Shown here: positions 19,405 through 28,902 of the stretch, in pieces
Numbering within the stretch: position 1 is the first letter of the stretch
How the letters are laid out: each line of letters begins with the position of its first letter
Virus record (IMG/VR): IMGVR_UViG_3300005739_000085
Span: 1-40,688 of that record
Origin: a virus
Lineage: Duplodnaviria > Caudoviricetes
DNA length: 40,688 nt
Reading direction: 5' to 3' (one strand)
Translations under genes and position numbers: made by a program
The notes under the pieces: generated by a model
The model's input: only the letters and a program-made list of their open reading frames with translations
What the model was told of the DNA's origin: nothing
The model's database searches: none

Positions 19405-22400
19405 TTATTTAACTATAATGTTCTTAGTTAACAAATAGTTAAATGTGTTTTCAATAATACCTTTATCTCCGTAAAGTTCTTGTTCAGATGATAGGTAGGG
19501 AGATAAGGTTGTTTGTGGGTTTTCCCAATCGATATAATTTTCTATAAATTTATCAGAATATACCGGAACAAAATCTAAAAATATATAATTTGGTATTAAT
19601 GGATACGCATATCCAGGTAATTGTAAATCTGTTAATTGATATACGGTTTCTCCGCCGCTTAATACAGGTAAAGTTATTAAAGTAATATCGTTGCCGTCTG
19701 ATCTATTTTGTAAAAATACTTTATTACCTGCCGTAACTAAGGTATTAGTTGTAAGTCTTGGGCCTACACTACGATTTAAAATAGGTAAAGGGGATTTTAG
19801 GCCATATAGTCTATTACGAGGTGTTGAAACAATATCTAAATATCTTTGAATTTCGGGAGGAAAGTCTGTTCCATAATCAAAAGCATATGTGTCAGTTTCT
19901 TGAGCGTATGATAATAATTGTCTAATATTGCATGTATCGACGTCTCCGTGGGTAAAGATAAAATTAGCAATACGCTCATACACTGTGCGACCAATATCTT
20001 CTGTTGCGCTCAGCTGATTGTTACCTACTACTGCACCTAAAAAGGTATCAAAAAATACAGTGTTGCGGTTTAATACTTCTGGAAGAGCTAAATCTTTATA
20101 ATGAGCAGCAGTATCAAAATTTTCGTTCAGCAGCCGTATTTGGTTAGAATTTGTAAAAGTATTTACTGAAAAAGGAGCCGAATTTCCAGTAACAGGTATA
20201 GCTGTTAAAGAGGTAGGGTTAAAATATTTTTGATACCATCTATTACCGGTCCAGTCCCCGTTAGCTTGAAGAGACTTGTTATACTCGCTTGTTAGGGTGT
20301 ATGTAAAAGAGACGTTAGCATCGACATAATAACCAATTAAAGAATCGGGACGTATTTTTGTTGAGCGCGGAGTAGTTCCTATAGAAATAGGTATTGGAAT
20401 TTGAGGAATAGTTATCGTAAAAATTTTGTTACTAACTGAATCTAAAATCCATAATCTATTAAAGACGTCTACTGCAAGGCCCTCTAATTCGTTATTTCTG
20501 TCATAAGGCGGTGGAGGCTCAACACCAGTAGCACTTGGGGTAACGCTCTCTACAATTATTGTATTACTACTTACTTTTGAACTAGTAATTAAAGATACTG
20601 TTGTACCGTCATCATTTAATTCCCATCCATATGCAGACCAGTTGTAATCACTACTTAGAGTTGCTGATGATGCATTGTTGTATTTGGATATACAGCCAAT
20701 GTTTCTAACACCGTATATAAACCAAAGATTGTCGTATTTGTCTACCGAAAGGTATCCCGGGTGGGTGTATCCAGAAACCGTACTTAGTAGAATACCGGAT
20801 GAATTGTATAGGGATAATAAGCCTTGATCGAGAGAAGTATTAAAACTTTGAGCTACCCATAAATTATTATCGACTGTTACAGCTAAACTAACTGGAGAGC
20901 TGGCTGGCATTAAAACGGATAGTAAAGTAGTACCGGTTGTGCCACTATATTTAACTAAAGCGCTAGATGCCGGATTACTATAGGTTACCCAAACATTATT
21001 TTCTCTATCGGTTTCTACCATTGATGGCTTGTGTACAAAATCCCCGTCAAAAATATTATATGTAGATATTATAGGTAAAAGCGTGTAGAGGTAGTTTAAG
21101 TTTTGATCGAATTTTAAAACTGATACTGTATTAAACAGTGAAACATATATATTATAGTTTTTATCAATACATATATTTGAAGGTGTATATGCACCTAAGA
21201 CTGGAGAGTAGCCACCAAAACTAGACAATTGTACAGTGCTCAAAAGTGTACCTGTATTAGAAAACTTATAAATACGATCTAACTCAGCGTCGGTTGCATA
21301 CACGTCATGTTGTCTAGGATCGATTGCCATGGCATATATGCCAGCGAATCCTGACATGTAGTAGTTATAGGTGCTTGTTGAATCTATAGACGGGACTGTT
21401 ATTGTTTTAATATAGCCATCAATTAAATTATTAGAATACTTAAAGGCATTAATTGTATCACAATTATCCGGATATGGCGGCAAAAAGACTTTATGTAAGG
21501 TTTTATTTTCGGGGTTAGAAACCCAAGCAAATACATTAGGGGAGCACCCTAGTGGGTAAGCAAATTGATTTATATTACTTTCTTGATTAAGAAAGATGGT
21601 TGTGCTTGCTGAAATAGTTGTAGAATTTATTGGTGACAAGGGTGTTAAAGTGGTGAATAAATAACCACCAGAATCTAAACCGTTTTTATCTAGAGATTGA
21701 AAGTAAAGAGGTGCTTCGTCTATTGTGTATTGATTTGTACCACAGAGAGAAACTTGTACTGTAGCAAGTTTTCCTTGCTCGTTTGATTGCGGTAAAACAA
21801 ATAAAATTCCTGATTCTTTTTCTTCAGATCCTTGTAAATAGTTTTTTCTATTAGAATGTATAGTTATTAAAAAAGGTGTTTTAATGTTTGTCCATTTATA
21901 GGGGTAAACATTTTCTAGATAATTACCGGTAATTTTTAAATGTGTTGGTATAACACTATAAACATTCCATATTACACCAGCTCGTATAACATTATTATTT
22001 GCATAACTAGGGTAGTTAAATACTTTAGAGTCTTTAGGAAATACAAAACCTGATGTTTGTAATGTAGCTGTAATTAAAATAGGACATTTAGAGTAAGGAT
22101 CACTCGTACTACCGGAGCATTTATCATCTACATAATAAAATTCCGATGCCCCTGAAACCGCAACAACTTTATTATTTAAATATAAATTATCGACCGCGAC
22201 GGAAAGAGTGGTTGTGGGGGTTAAATTTTTATCTAGAAATCTCCAAGTAGGTGTTAAAAATCGCCATTTTTCAGGAACGGTTTCATATGGGGTAGTTTGA
22301 GAATTTGCTGCATATAAATCTACAAAAATAGGTACATTTATTTGAGCAGATGTTAAACTAATTTTAAATGGGGTAGCTGTAGGGTGACCGGGTATTGCAT

Positions 22401-22698
22401 AATCATCCGGTAACTCAGTAAACTCTAAACAATCACCATATACATACTCAACTGTTATCGGTTTAGATACAAATTGAAAATTACCAAGAATATCAAATGT
22501 GGATAATGAAACAATATATGTACCTGGGTAGTTATAGCTATGGGTTGGGTTTTTGGTATTATATTCTTTTGTGGTGTCTCCAAAATCCCATATACGTTTA
22601 ACAATAAGATTTTCACTGCTCGTTGTATCGAAAAATGTAAAATCTGTTTCGTAAACGTTACCAGATGAAGGAGCTGTAATAAAGCTTGCACTGATCAT
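19405..22698 (-). CDS. PKD + beta-propeller baseplate protein (C-terminus possibly wedge gp7/gpI-like)
   Basis: IWDFGD..NPTHSYNYPGTYIVSL PKD motif; NHL-like blades (VETDRENNVWV, LAVDVFNRLWI); immediately downstream of the gp6-like gene. Confidence 0.75.
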   Translation of the reverse strand: MISASFITAPSSGNVYETDFTFFDTTSSENLIVKRIWDFGDTTKEYNTKNPTHSYNYPGTYIVSLSTFDILGNFQFVSKPITVEYVYGDCLEFTELPDDYAIPGHPTATPFKISLTSAQINVPIFVDLYAANSQTTPYETVPEKWRFLTPTWRFLDKNLTPTTTLSVAVDNLYLNNKVVAVSGASEFYYVDDKCSGSTSDPYSKCPILITATLQTSGFVFPKDSKVFNYPSYANNNVIRAGVIWNVYSVIPTHLKITGNYLENVYPYKWTNIKTPFLITIHSNRKNYLQGSEEKESGILFVLPQSNEQGKLATVQVSLCGTNQYTIDEAPLYFQSLDKNGLDSGGYLFTTLTPLSPINSTTISASTTIFLNQESNINQFAYPLGCSPNVFAWVSNPENKTLHKVFLPPYPDNCDTINAFKYSNNLIDGYIKTITVPSIDSTSTYNYYMSGFAGIYAMAIDPRQHDVYATDAELDRIYKFSNTGTLLSTVQLSSFGGYSPVLGAYTPSNICIDKNYNIYVSLFNTVSVLKFDQNLNYLYTLLPIISTYNIFDGDFVHKPSMVETDRENNVWVTYSNPASSALVKYSGTTGTTLLSVLMPASSPVSLAVTVDNNLWVAQSFNTSLDQGLLSLYNSSGILLSTVSGYTHPGYLSVDKYDNLWFIYGVRNIGCISKYNNASSATLSSDYNWSAYGWELNDDGTTVSLITSSKVSSNTIIVESVTPSATGVEPPPPYDRNNELEGLAVDVFNRLWILDSVSNKIFTITIPQIPIPISIGTTPRSTKIRPDSLIGYYVDANVSFTYTLTSEYNKSLQANGDWTGNRWYQKYFNPTSLTAIPVTGNSAPFSVNTFTNSNQIRLLNENFDTAAHYKDLALPEVLNRNTVFFDTFLGAVVGNNQLSATEDIGRTVYERIANFIFTHGDVDTCNIRQLLSYAQETDTYAFDYGTDFPPEIQRYLDIVSTPRNRLYGLKSPLPILNRSVGPRLTTNTLVTAGNKVFLQNRSDGNDITLITLPVLSGGETVYQLTDLQLPGYAYPLIPNYIFLDFVPVYSDKFIENYIDWENPQTTLSPYLSSEQELYGDKGIIENTFNYLLTKNIIVK

Positions 22699-22703
22699 AT
22701 TGT

Positions 22704-24533
22704 TTAAAACTCAGCTGTAACGTTTGTATTAATGTCACTAATAACTCGAATTTGATTTTCAATAAAATCAATATTGTTAAAATATAAGTATTCAAAAAAC
22801 CGACCCGGTAAAGTGGTATTAACGATTTGTTGATCTAATGTGGGGTGCAGAGGGTTCCACACAAAAAACGATACGCCTGGTGCTATAGAGGTCGGGTCTA
22901 AAGTAGATTGAGTGTAGCAGTTAGCTACCCCTTCAATATTCAAAACTAATTGTGTTATAAATCTTGTGTCAAGGTCTTGACCGAGTCTAATATTTTGTTT
23001 ACTAAAATAGCTACGGAAAAGATTAGCTACATCTTTAACAATTGATTGATTATCTCGGCGAAAATTAGAGCGTTTGTTTACAATTAATTCAAAAGGTATT
23101 AAATCTCCTTCAGTGTTAAATATTGTATTTATATTTGTGCCAAATGTAACTGCTTTATAAACAGGATCAATAAATGCAACTTCAGTTGTTGTCATTTTTG
23201 AAGACGCTATAGAGGAATTTATTAGTTCTTTTTGAGCAGGTACAAGATAGTTTAAATTATTACTATCTGTATTTTTTGGAACAACAAGCAGATAAATATT
23301 GTTAAAATTACAACTATCGGCATATTGTAGTTGATTAAACAAAGCTCGATTTGTTTGAGATGGTCTATCTAAACCAATATCATAAAAATATTTTAAATAA
23401 CCAGAAACATAATCCCAGTTGTTTATACATTTAACATCTGCAATAACATTTGCAAAATTTGAAAATGTATAAGTTTCATAGTCTTGGGTTGTTACTAAAC
23501 GATACTGACTTCTATAAGACAACGGTGCAGTTTTGCGAATATCGTCTACATTTTCTTTTGTTTGAGAATATGTTGAAGAATTAGTATTTCTAAAATAAAA
23601 ATTTGCTAACTCTGCATTTGTTACAAAACGAAATTGATTTTGTGTAACGTCATTTAAAATTTCTTGAAATTGTGGAGTGTTATATTTTGTTAAAAAAGTT
23701 TGATCAGAAAAAGCGCCCGGACCGATTTCTCCTTGAGCACCTAAACTTTTTAAATAATAAACGGCAACTCGATCCCCGGTTTGTATTTTTTTACCGTTTA
23801 TATCGTCTCCAAATTTAATTTCGTATCTACCGTTTCCGTTTAAACGAATTTCGTACTTTTCACTAAATCCGTTTTCAAGATATAAATTACTTGTTTTAGT
23901 ATATTGCTTCCAAACACCTGTAGCTAGAGGTTTAACATAAACATCTATATTAAAATGATCAACTATTTCATTAGCTGTTTCTAGAGTAAATGTTTCATTA
24001 TTTTCACCTGCTGCTGTATAAATTGGATACTCCGTAAACTTACCTTGATATAATAATTTTTGTTGGGTTAGTTCATCTAAAGCCTCAGTTGTTATATTTA
24101 CTGTTTTAGCGAAAGATATATCTTCATTGAAAGAATAAAAAATATTATTAACGGCTACAAATGAATAACGTGGTATAGTGTAAATTCCTTGTGAAAAATT
24201 AAACGTTGAAAGATTAAAATTAAGGGTAGATGTCTGTGCTCCAACAGGCTTATAATCAATAAGCTTAACAACCCGGTTCATGTTTTCATAAAGTTGTGCT
24301 TCAGAAAACATCGATTCGGTAGATGTTTTATTAAGATAATATATTAAAGTGTTGTACGAATAAGCTACTATATCAATTATAGAAGCTAAATTTGAGCCAA
24401 TATAATTTTGATCGGTAAAGACGTTTTGTTCGTTTAATCTTCTAATAATTAACTCTCTTAGAGACATTGCATCAAAAGCAACATAACCATCTTTAGGTAT
24501 ATTATATTCTGTTTGTGGTGGATAAGTAGCCAT
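22704..24533 (-). CDS. Baseplate wedge subunit, T4 gp6-like
   Basis: FTDQNYIGSNLASIIDIVAY, YEIKFGDDINGK, QYRLVTTQDY motifs typical of the gp6/baseplate J family; next to the gp25-like gene. Confidence 0.92.
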   Translation of the reverse strand: MATYPPQTEYNIPKDGYVAFDAMSLRELIIRRLNEQNVFTDQNYIGSNLASIIDIVAYSYNTLIYYLNKTSTESMFSEAQLYENMNRVVKLIDYKPVGAQTSTLNFNLSTFNFSQGIYTIPRYSFVAVNNIFYSFNEDISFAKTVNITTEALDELTQQKLLYQGKFTEYPIYTAAGENNETFTLETANEIVDHFNIDVYVKPLATGVWKQYTKTSNLYLENGFSEKYEIRLNGNGRYEIKFGDDINGKKIQTGDRVAVYYLKSLGAQGEIGPGAFSDQTFLTKYNTPQFQEILNDVTQNQFRFVTNAELANFYFRNTNSSTYSQTKENVDDIRKTAPLSYRSQYRLVTTQDYETYTFSNFANVIADVKCINNWDYVSGYLKYFYDIGLDRPSQTNRALFNQLQYADSCNFNNIYLLVVPKNTDSNNLNYLVPAQKELINSSIASSKMTTTEVAFIDPVYKAVTFGTNINTIFNTEGDLIPFELIVNKRSNFRRDNQSIVKDVANLFRSYFSKQNIRLGQDLDTRFITQLVLNIEGVANCYTQSTLDPTSIAPGVSFFVWNPLHPTLDQQIVNTTLPGRFFEYLYFNNIDFIENQIRVISDINTNVTAEF

Positions 24534-24535
24534 GA

Positions 24536-25036
24536 TTAAATGTTTCTAGAAGTTGGTATTGAGATAAAGGATTGACTTTTAACATCAAACGTGAACGGTA
24601 ATTCAGCGGTCTGATTAAAAATAGGTATAGTAATAATTATAGTAATATTGTAACTACTTCGATCTGGATCTGCTTCTACTAAAACTCTCACTACATTAAC
24701 TCGAGGTTCATAAATTTGAATTTTAGAGTAAATTGCATTACCAATTAAATCAGCATTTGCAAGTGTAATGGGTTCAAATAAAAATTGATAAAAGTCTAAA
24801 CCATATTCGGGAAATAAAAATCTTTGTCCTGGTAAAGTATTAAACATATTAGTTAAAGAGTTTTTAATTGCAGCTAAATCAAAAGAGGGTTGTACGTCAT
24901 TACTATTAATAGGTTGAGGAAATGCAGGAGCAGTAAATTTTTGAACACCTATATCTAGCGCAAGATCTTTATAAACATACTGTTGTTCTGTATAAGTACT
25001 TGCCGCTTTTTCAAAAGTTTTTAAACGTATAGCCAT
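24536..25036 (-). CDS. Baseplate wedge subunit, T4 gp25/GPW-like
   Basis: YKDL, AIKNSLTNMFNTLPGQRFLFPEYG, LFEP, YEPRV motifs. Confidence 0.93.
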   Translation of the reverse strand: MAIRLKTFEKAASTYTEQQYVYKDLALDIGVQKFTAPAFPQPINSNDVQPSFDLAAIKNSLTNMFNTLPGQRFLFPEYGLDFYQFLFEPITLANADLIGNAIYSKIQIYEPRVNVVRVLVEADPDRSSYNITIIITIPIFNQTAELPFTFDVKSQSFISIPTSRNI

Positions 25037-25085
25037 TTATACTATTATTTAGTGGGCAAAATGCATAAATAATATCAGAATTACT
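25037..25085. promoter_or_regulatory. Back-to-back divergent TAAATA late-promoter-like boxes
   Basis: TATTTA at 25046-25051 (minus-strand TAAATA, 9 nt from the gp25-like ATG) and TAAATA at 25066-25071 (14 nt from ATG 25086). Confidence 0.65.
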
Positions 25086-25631
25086 ATGGAAGCTAAATTT
25101 AATGTTTTATTCGAAAATCTACTTGAACGATATCAACAAGGTGGTTTTTTAATTGGTGACAGGGTTCGCTTTAAAAAAGATGCTTTACAACTAGATTTTT
25201 TTAAAAATAAAGGACAAAACTTTTTAGATATAGTTAAATCCTGTATGGATCCTAATTTTGATTTAAATCTTAGAATATCAGCCATTAAATCAACGCGTCC
25301 AACCACAACACAAAACTATCGTGGTGGTTCAGAATCTCCGGATAATATCTATGCAGATGTTATTATTGAGTATGCTCCTGGATTATATCGCAACCCAATG
25401 ACAGTTCCTATTGAAGCATTAGAACTTCAAGAAGATGGCATTAACACTGGTCCGGTACCTGATTCTGTAAAAAGAAAATCTAAGGTTGAAATTAAACCTA
25501 AAGCCGTAGAGGCTGAACAGGAAGCTAAGTTTGATATTAATTTACAAAACAAAAATGTACAAATTCCTGGTGGAACGAAATGGAACGATAAAGAGCCAGG
25601 TGCCGGTAACAAACCAAAGAAAAAATACTAA
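25086..25631 (+). CDS. Hypothetical protein (SH3/KOW-like start F-x-x-G-D-R-V), possibly head-packaged
   Basis: 181-aa ORF with TAAATA box; GGFLIGDRVRF motif. Confidence 0.65.
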   Translation: MEAKFNVLFENLLERYQQGGFLIGDRVRFKKDALQLDFFKNKGQNFLDIVKSCMDPNFDLNLRISAIKSTRPTTTQNYRGGSESPDNIYADVIIEYAPGLYRNPMTVPIEALELQEDGINTGPVPDSVKRKSKVEIKPKAVEAEQEAKFDINLQNKNVQIPGGTKWNDKEPGAGNKPKKKY

Positions 25632-25659
25632 GTAGCAATCTTAGCAATTTAAAGTAGAC

Positions 25660-25670
25660 TGTTATAAATA
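25660..25670 (+). promoter_or_regulatory. TATAAATA T4 late-promoter consensus, overlapping an extended -10-like TGnTATAAA
   Basis: TGTTATAAATA read directly, ending 10 nt before the nrdJ ATG. Confidence 0.6.
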
Positions 25671-25680
25671 AAACTGTCTT

Positions 25681-27675
25681 ATGAATGTTGCTTTTTATTC
25701 TTCAAATCTGTTACCGGAAAAATTTTTACAAAAATATATTAATAAAGAAGTACCCTGGGGGTTTAATGGATTAGGGTATATAGTTTATAAAAGAACCTAT
25801 GCTCGTAAATTAGAAGGTACCGATCAAACCGAAGAATGGTGGCAAACGGTTGCACGTTGTATTAACGGTGCACAGACAATTGGAGCTGATTATACACCTG
25901 AAGAAGCGCAAAGATTGTATGATTTAGTGTTTAATTTAAAATGCAATTTTGCGGGCAGAATGCTTTGGCAGTTAGGTACAGAAACAGTGCAAAAATTTGG
26001 TGCTAACTCATTGCTTAATTGCTGGTATGTTTCTATTAATGATCCAAAAACATTTCTTTTTATCTTTGAAAATTTAATGCTTGGTGGAGGTGTAGGATTT
26101 TCTATTCGTAGAGAAGATATTCATGAATTACCTAAAATTAAAAAAGAAGTAACAATCGAACATCAATGCACAAAAGATGCCGATTTTATTGTTCCGGATT
26201 CGCGTTCTGGTTGGGTAGAATTGCTTCGTAAAGTTATAGAAGCCTACTATATAACCGGTAAGTCATTTTCTTATTCTACGATTCTTGTAAGAGGTGCTGG
26301 AGAAAGAATATCGGGGTTTGGTGGTACAGCTTCTGGACCTGGTATTCTTATTGAAGGTATTGAAAAGATTTCCAATATCTTTAAATCAAGAGAAGGTAAA
26401 AAACTTCGTTCTACAGACGTGCTTGATATTTGTAATATTATCGGTTCAATTGTTGTAGCGGGTAATGTTCGTCGTTCTGCTCAAATTGCACTAGGAGACC
26501 CCGATGATTATCTTTATCTTAGAGCTAAAAATTGGTCGTTAGGTAATATCCCTAATTGGCGCGCAATGTCTAATAATACAATTTATGCTGACGACTTTTC
26601 ACACATCTCAAATGAAATTTGGACAAATGGTTATGTGGTAGATAAAGAAACAGGGTTTGCTAAAGGAGAGCCTTATGGGTTTTTTAATCTTCCTTTATCT
26701 CAGAAATTCGGCCGTCTTAAAGACGGTCCAATGAAAAAAACAAAACTATATCCTACTGATGAAGATAATGTATTAGGTACTAATCCCTGTGCTGAAATCT
26801 CTTTAACATCTTATGAGTGTTGTAATCTGTCTGAGCTTTATCTTAATAATATCACTTCTGTTGAAGAATTAATCGATTGTGCTACTTTACTCTACAAAAC
26901 ACAAAAAGCAACAGCTGCTATGCCATTTATTCATGATGAAACAAATAAAATTGTTCATAAGAATATGCGTTTAGGTCTTGGAGTTACTGGTATTTGTCAA
27001 TGTACAGATGAAAAGATCGAATGGCTTGATAAAGCCTATGAGGCACTTCGTAAGTTTGATAAAGAATGGTCAAAGCATAAAGGTTACCCTGAATCAATTA
27101 AATTAACAACCGTTAAACCATCTGGTACTCTTTCATTACTTGCTGGATCTACCCCGGGTGTACACCCAGCTTATTCACCTTTCTATATTCGTAGAGTAAG
27201 AATGGGTTCTGGAGATAAGCTTGTTAGTATCTGTCGAGAACTTGGTTATCATGTCGAATATGTTCGTGGGTTCGATGGTAAAGATGATCACTCAACTGTA
27301 GTAGTAGAATTTCCATGCTATGCTGGAGAGAACTGTGTAGTAGCTAAAAATATGACAGCAGTGCAGCAGCTTGACATAGTTAAGAAGCTTCAAACATATT
27401 GGTCCGATAATGCGGTATCTGTTACAGTTTATTATCGTCAAGAAGAGTTAGAAGAAATTAAAGCCTGGCTTGAATATAATTATGAAACATCTATTAAGTC
27501 TGTTTCATTCTTGCTTCATAGTGAACACGGCTTTGCACAAGCTCCTTACGAAGAAATTACTGAAGAACAGTATCAAAAATTAACTGAAAAAGTTAAACCA
27601 ATTACTTCAATTAATATTGGTCAAGGAGAAATAGAAAGTATGGAATGTGCAGGTGGAGCCTGTCCGATAAAATAA
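25681..27675 (+). CDS. nrdJ: Class II (adenosylcobalamin-dependent) ribonucleotide reductase, monomeric RTPR type
   Basis: YKRTYAR, GRMLW, NCW, VVAGNVRRSA, TNPCAEI (thiyl radical Cys), CNL, TTVKPSGT, C-terminal CAGGACPIK cysteine pair; no beta-subunit gene adjacent. Confidence 0.95.
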   Translation: MNVAFYSSNLLPEKFLQKYINKEVPWGFNGLGYIVYKRTYARKLEGTDQTEEWWQTVARCINGAQTIGADYTPEEAQRLYDLVFNLKCNFAGRMLWQLGTETVQKFGANSLLNCWYVSINDPKTFLFIFENLMLGGGVGFSIRREDIHELPKIKKEVTIEHQCTKDADFIVPDSRSGWVELLRKVIEAYYITGKSFSYSTILVRGAGERISGFGGTASGPGILIEGIEKISNIFKSREGKKLRSTDVLDICNIIGSIVVAGNVRRSAQIALGDPDDYLYLRAKNWSLGNIPNWRAMSNNTIYADDFSHISNEIWTNGYVVDKETGFAKGEPYGFFNLPLSQKFGRLKDGPMKKTKLYPTDEDNVLGTNPCAEISLTSYECCNLSELYLNNITSVEELIDCATLLYKTQKATAAMPFIHDETNKIVHKNMRLGLGVTGICQCTDEKIEWLDKAYEALRKFDKEWSKHKGYPESIKLTTVKPSGTLSLLAGSTPGVHPAYSPFYIRRVRMGSGDKLVSICRELGYHVEYVRGFDGKDDHSTVVVEFPCYAGENCVVAKNMTAVQQLDIVKKLQTYWSDNAVSVTVYYRQEELEEIKAWLEYNYETSIKSVSFLLHSEHGFAQAPYEEITEEQYQKLTEKVKPITSINIGQGEIESMECAGGACPIK

Positions 27676-28341
27676 TTACCTTATTTCAGTAATTGAAAAT
27701 GTAAAGGGTACTGCTAAACTTGTAGCACCACCGTCATTTCTATTCCATACATACGTTGTTGTATTTGCTCTTGCTATATAAACTCTAGCTCTAATAAGCG
27801 TGCCAGCTCCGAGTGTTGGGGAAGGAGTGTATATGAGTTTTGCATTATGTTGACCTTCAATACCTATGGTCGGAGAAAAAACATATTCAACAGAATTATT
27901 TGCAGTACCTCCTCCGCCCGTTCCGGGTATTGCAAATCCAGTTCCTTCATCGACATAAAACCAACTAAAAAATCCTGAACTAGCTGTTGCGCAGCGATAA
28001 TGGCCGCCTCTTAATTCAAGTATAATTTTAGATGTGGGAGACGACCTTGCTATTGAAACTTCACCCAAACCTGAGTCTTTTGGAATAGCTAAATTATTAT
28101 CAGCATTAATAAGCCCCATAACTTGAGAAGATATACTTTGCTGTAGGATGGTTCCGGGTTTTGTTGCATCATTTATTTGACTTTGTAAACTATTAATACT
28201 GTTGGTATTTTGTACAACATTATAACCTAAATAGTTTGTATTAGCGTTAATCCAAGCTAGAGAATCGCCTATACAATCGTCTCTATCGATATAGTATAAG
28301 CCTGGTGCTAGAGATCCTCCTGGAGTAAAAATAGTTGCCAT
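27676..28341 (-). CDS. Short fibre-like virion protein
   Basis: N-terminal DCIGDSL..IN.N motif shared with two fibre genes, short coiled coil, then PGTILQ...ITEI beta-sandwich pattern common in phage fibre tips. Confidence 0.65.
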   Translation of the reverse strand: MATIFTPGGSLAPGLYYIDRDDCIGDSLAWINANTNYLGYNVVQNTNSINSLQSQINDATKPGTILQQSISSQVMGLINADNNLAIPKDSGLGEVSIARSSPTSKIILELRGGHYRCATASSGFFSWFYVDEGTGFAIPGTGGGGTANNSVEYVFSPTIGIEGQHNAKLIYTPSPTLGAGTLIRARVYIARANTTTYVWNRNDGGATSLAVPFTFSITEIR

Positions 28342-28346
28342 ATCAA

Positions 28347-28847
28347 TTATTTATCTTCTTTTTCTTCAACAACTACAGATTCTATAACTTCTATTGAATC
28401 TTCTTTTGCATCATTTAATAATTGTTTAAAAATTTCTTCCCGGGAAGCAACCAAAACGTTTGTATTATTAGTAATATTTGCTCCAGGTAAAGAACCGGCT
28501 ATAGATTTTTTACCTTCTATATCCATAGTTTTAAGCTCTTTATCTGTTTTAGCTTTTTTATTTTGTAAATTGATTCTGTTAAGGGCTTCAATAGCTTTTG
28601 TAGTAGATGAAATAAGTTCAGATAATGCTGCTATTTCATCAGGGTTTTGTCCCTGTACTACAAAGTCTTTTAAATCTTGTACGGCTCCTAAACCAGCATC
28701 TACAAGATTACCTGTCTTTTGAAGAATATAATCGTTTATATTATCTTCGGTAATATTTGTAGGTGTACCTCTCGGGACAGATTTTGCAGTAGTTTGTGGA
28801 AAAGAAAACGAAGATAATTCGTCTAATAAAGTATCTATGTCTGACAT
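28347..28847 (-). CDS. Terminase small subunit, T4 gp16-like
   Basis: Helical hairpin around QNPDEIAALSELI and C-terminal NNTNVLVASREEIFKQLL resemble T4-like small terminases (..NNxFVGSTxELxK.L). Confidence 0.6.
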   Translation of the reverse strand: MSDIDTLLDELSSFSFPQTTAKSVPRGTPTNITEDNINDYILQKTGNLVDAGLGAVQDLKDFVVQGQNPDEIAALSELISSTTKAIEALNRINLQNKKAKTDKELKTMDIEGKKSIAGSLPGANITNNTNVLVASREEIFKQLLNDAKEDSIEVIESVVVEEKEDK

Positions 28848-28902
28848 TGAATATAATTAAGCTGCTAGTGGCTTTTGTTAAACTTTATACTAATATATCT
28901 AA

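Noticed and set aside
25681-27675. Intein or intron in nrdJ
   Set aside because: ORF is continuous, of normal length, with all motifs in order and no splicing signatures.
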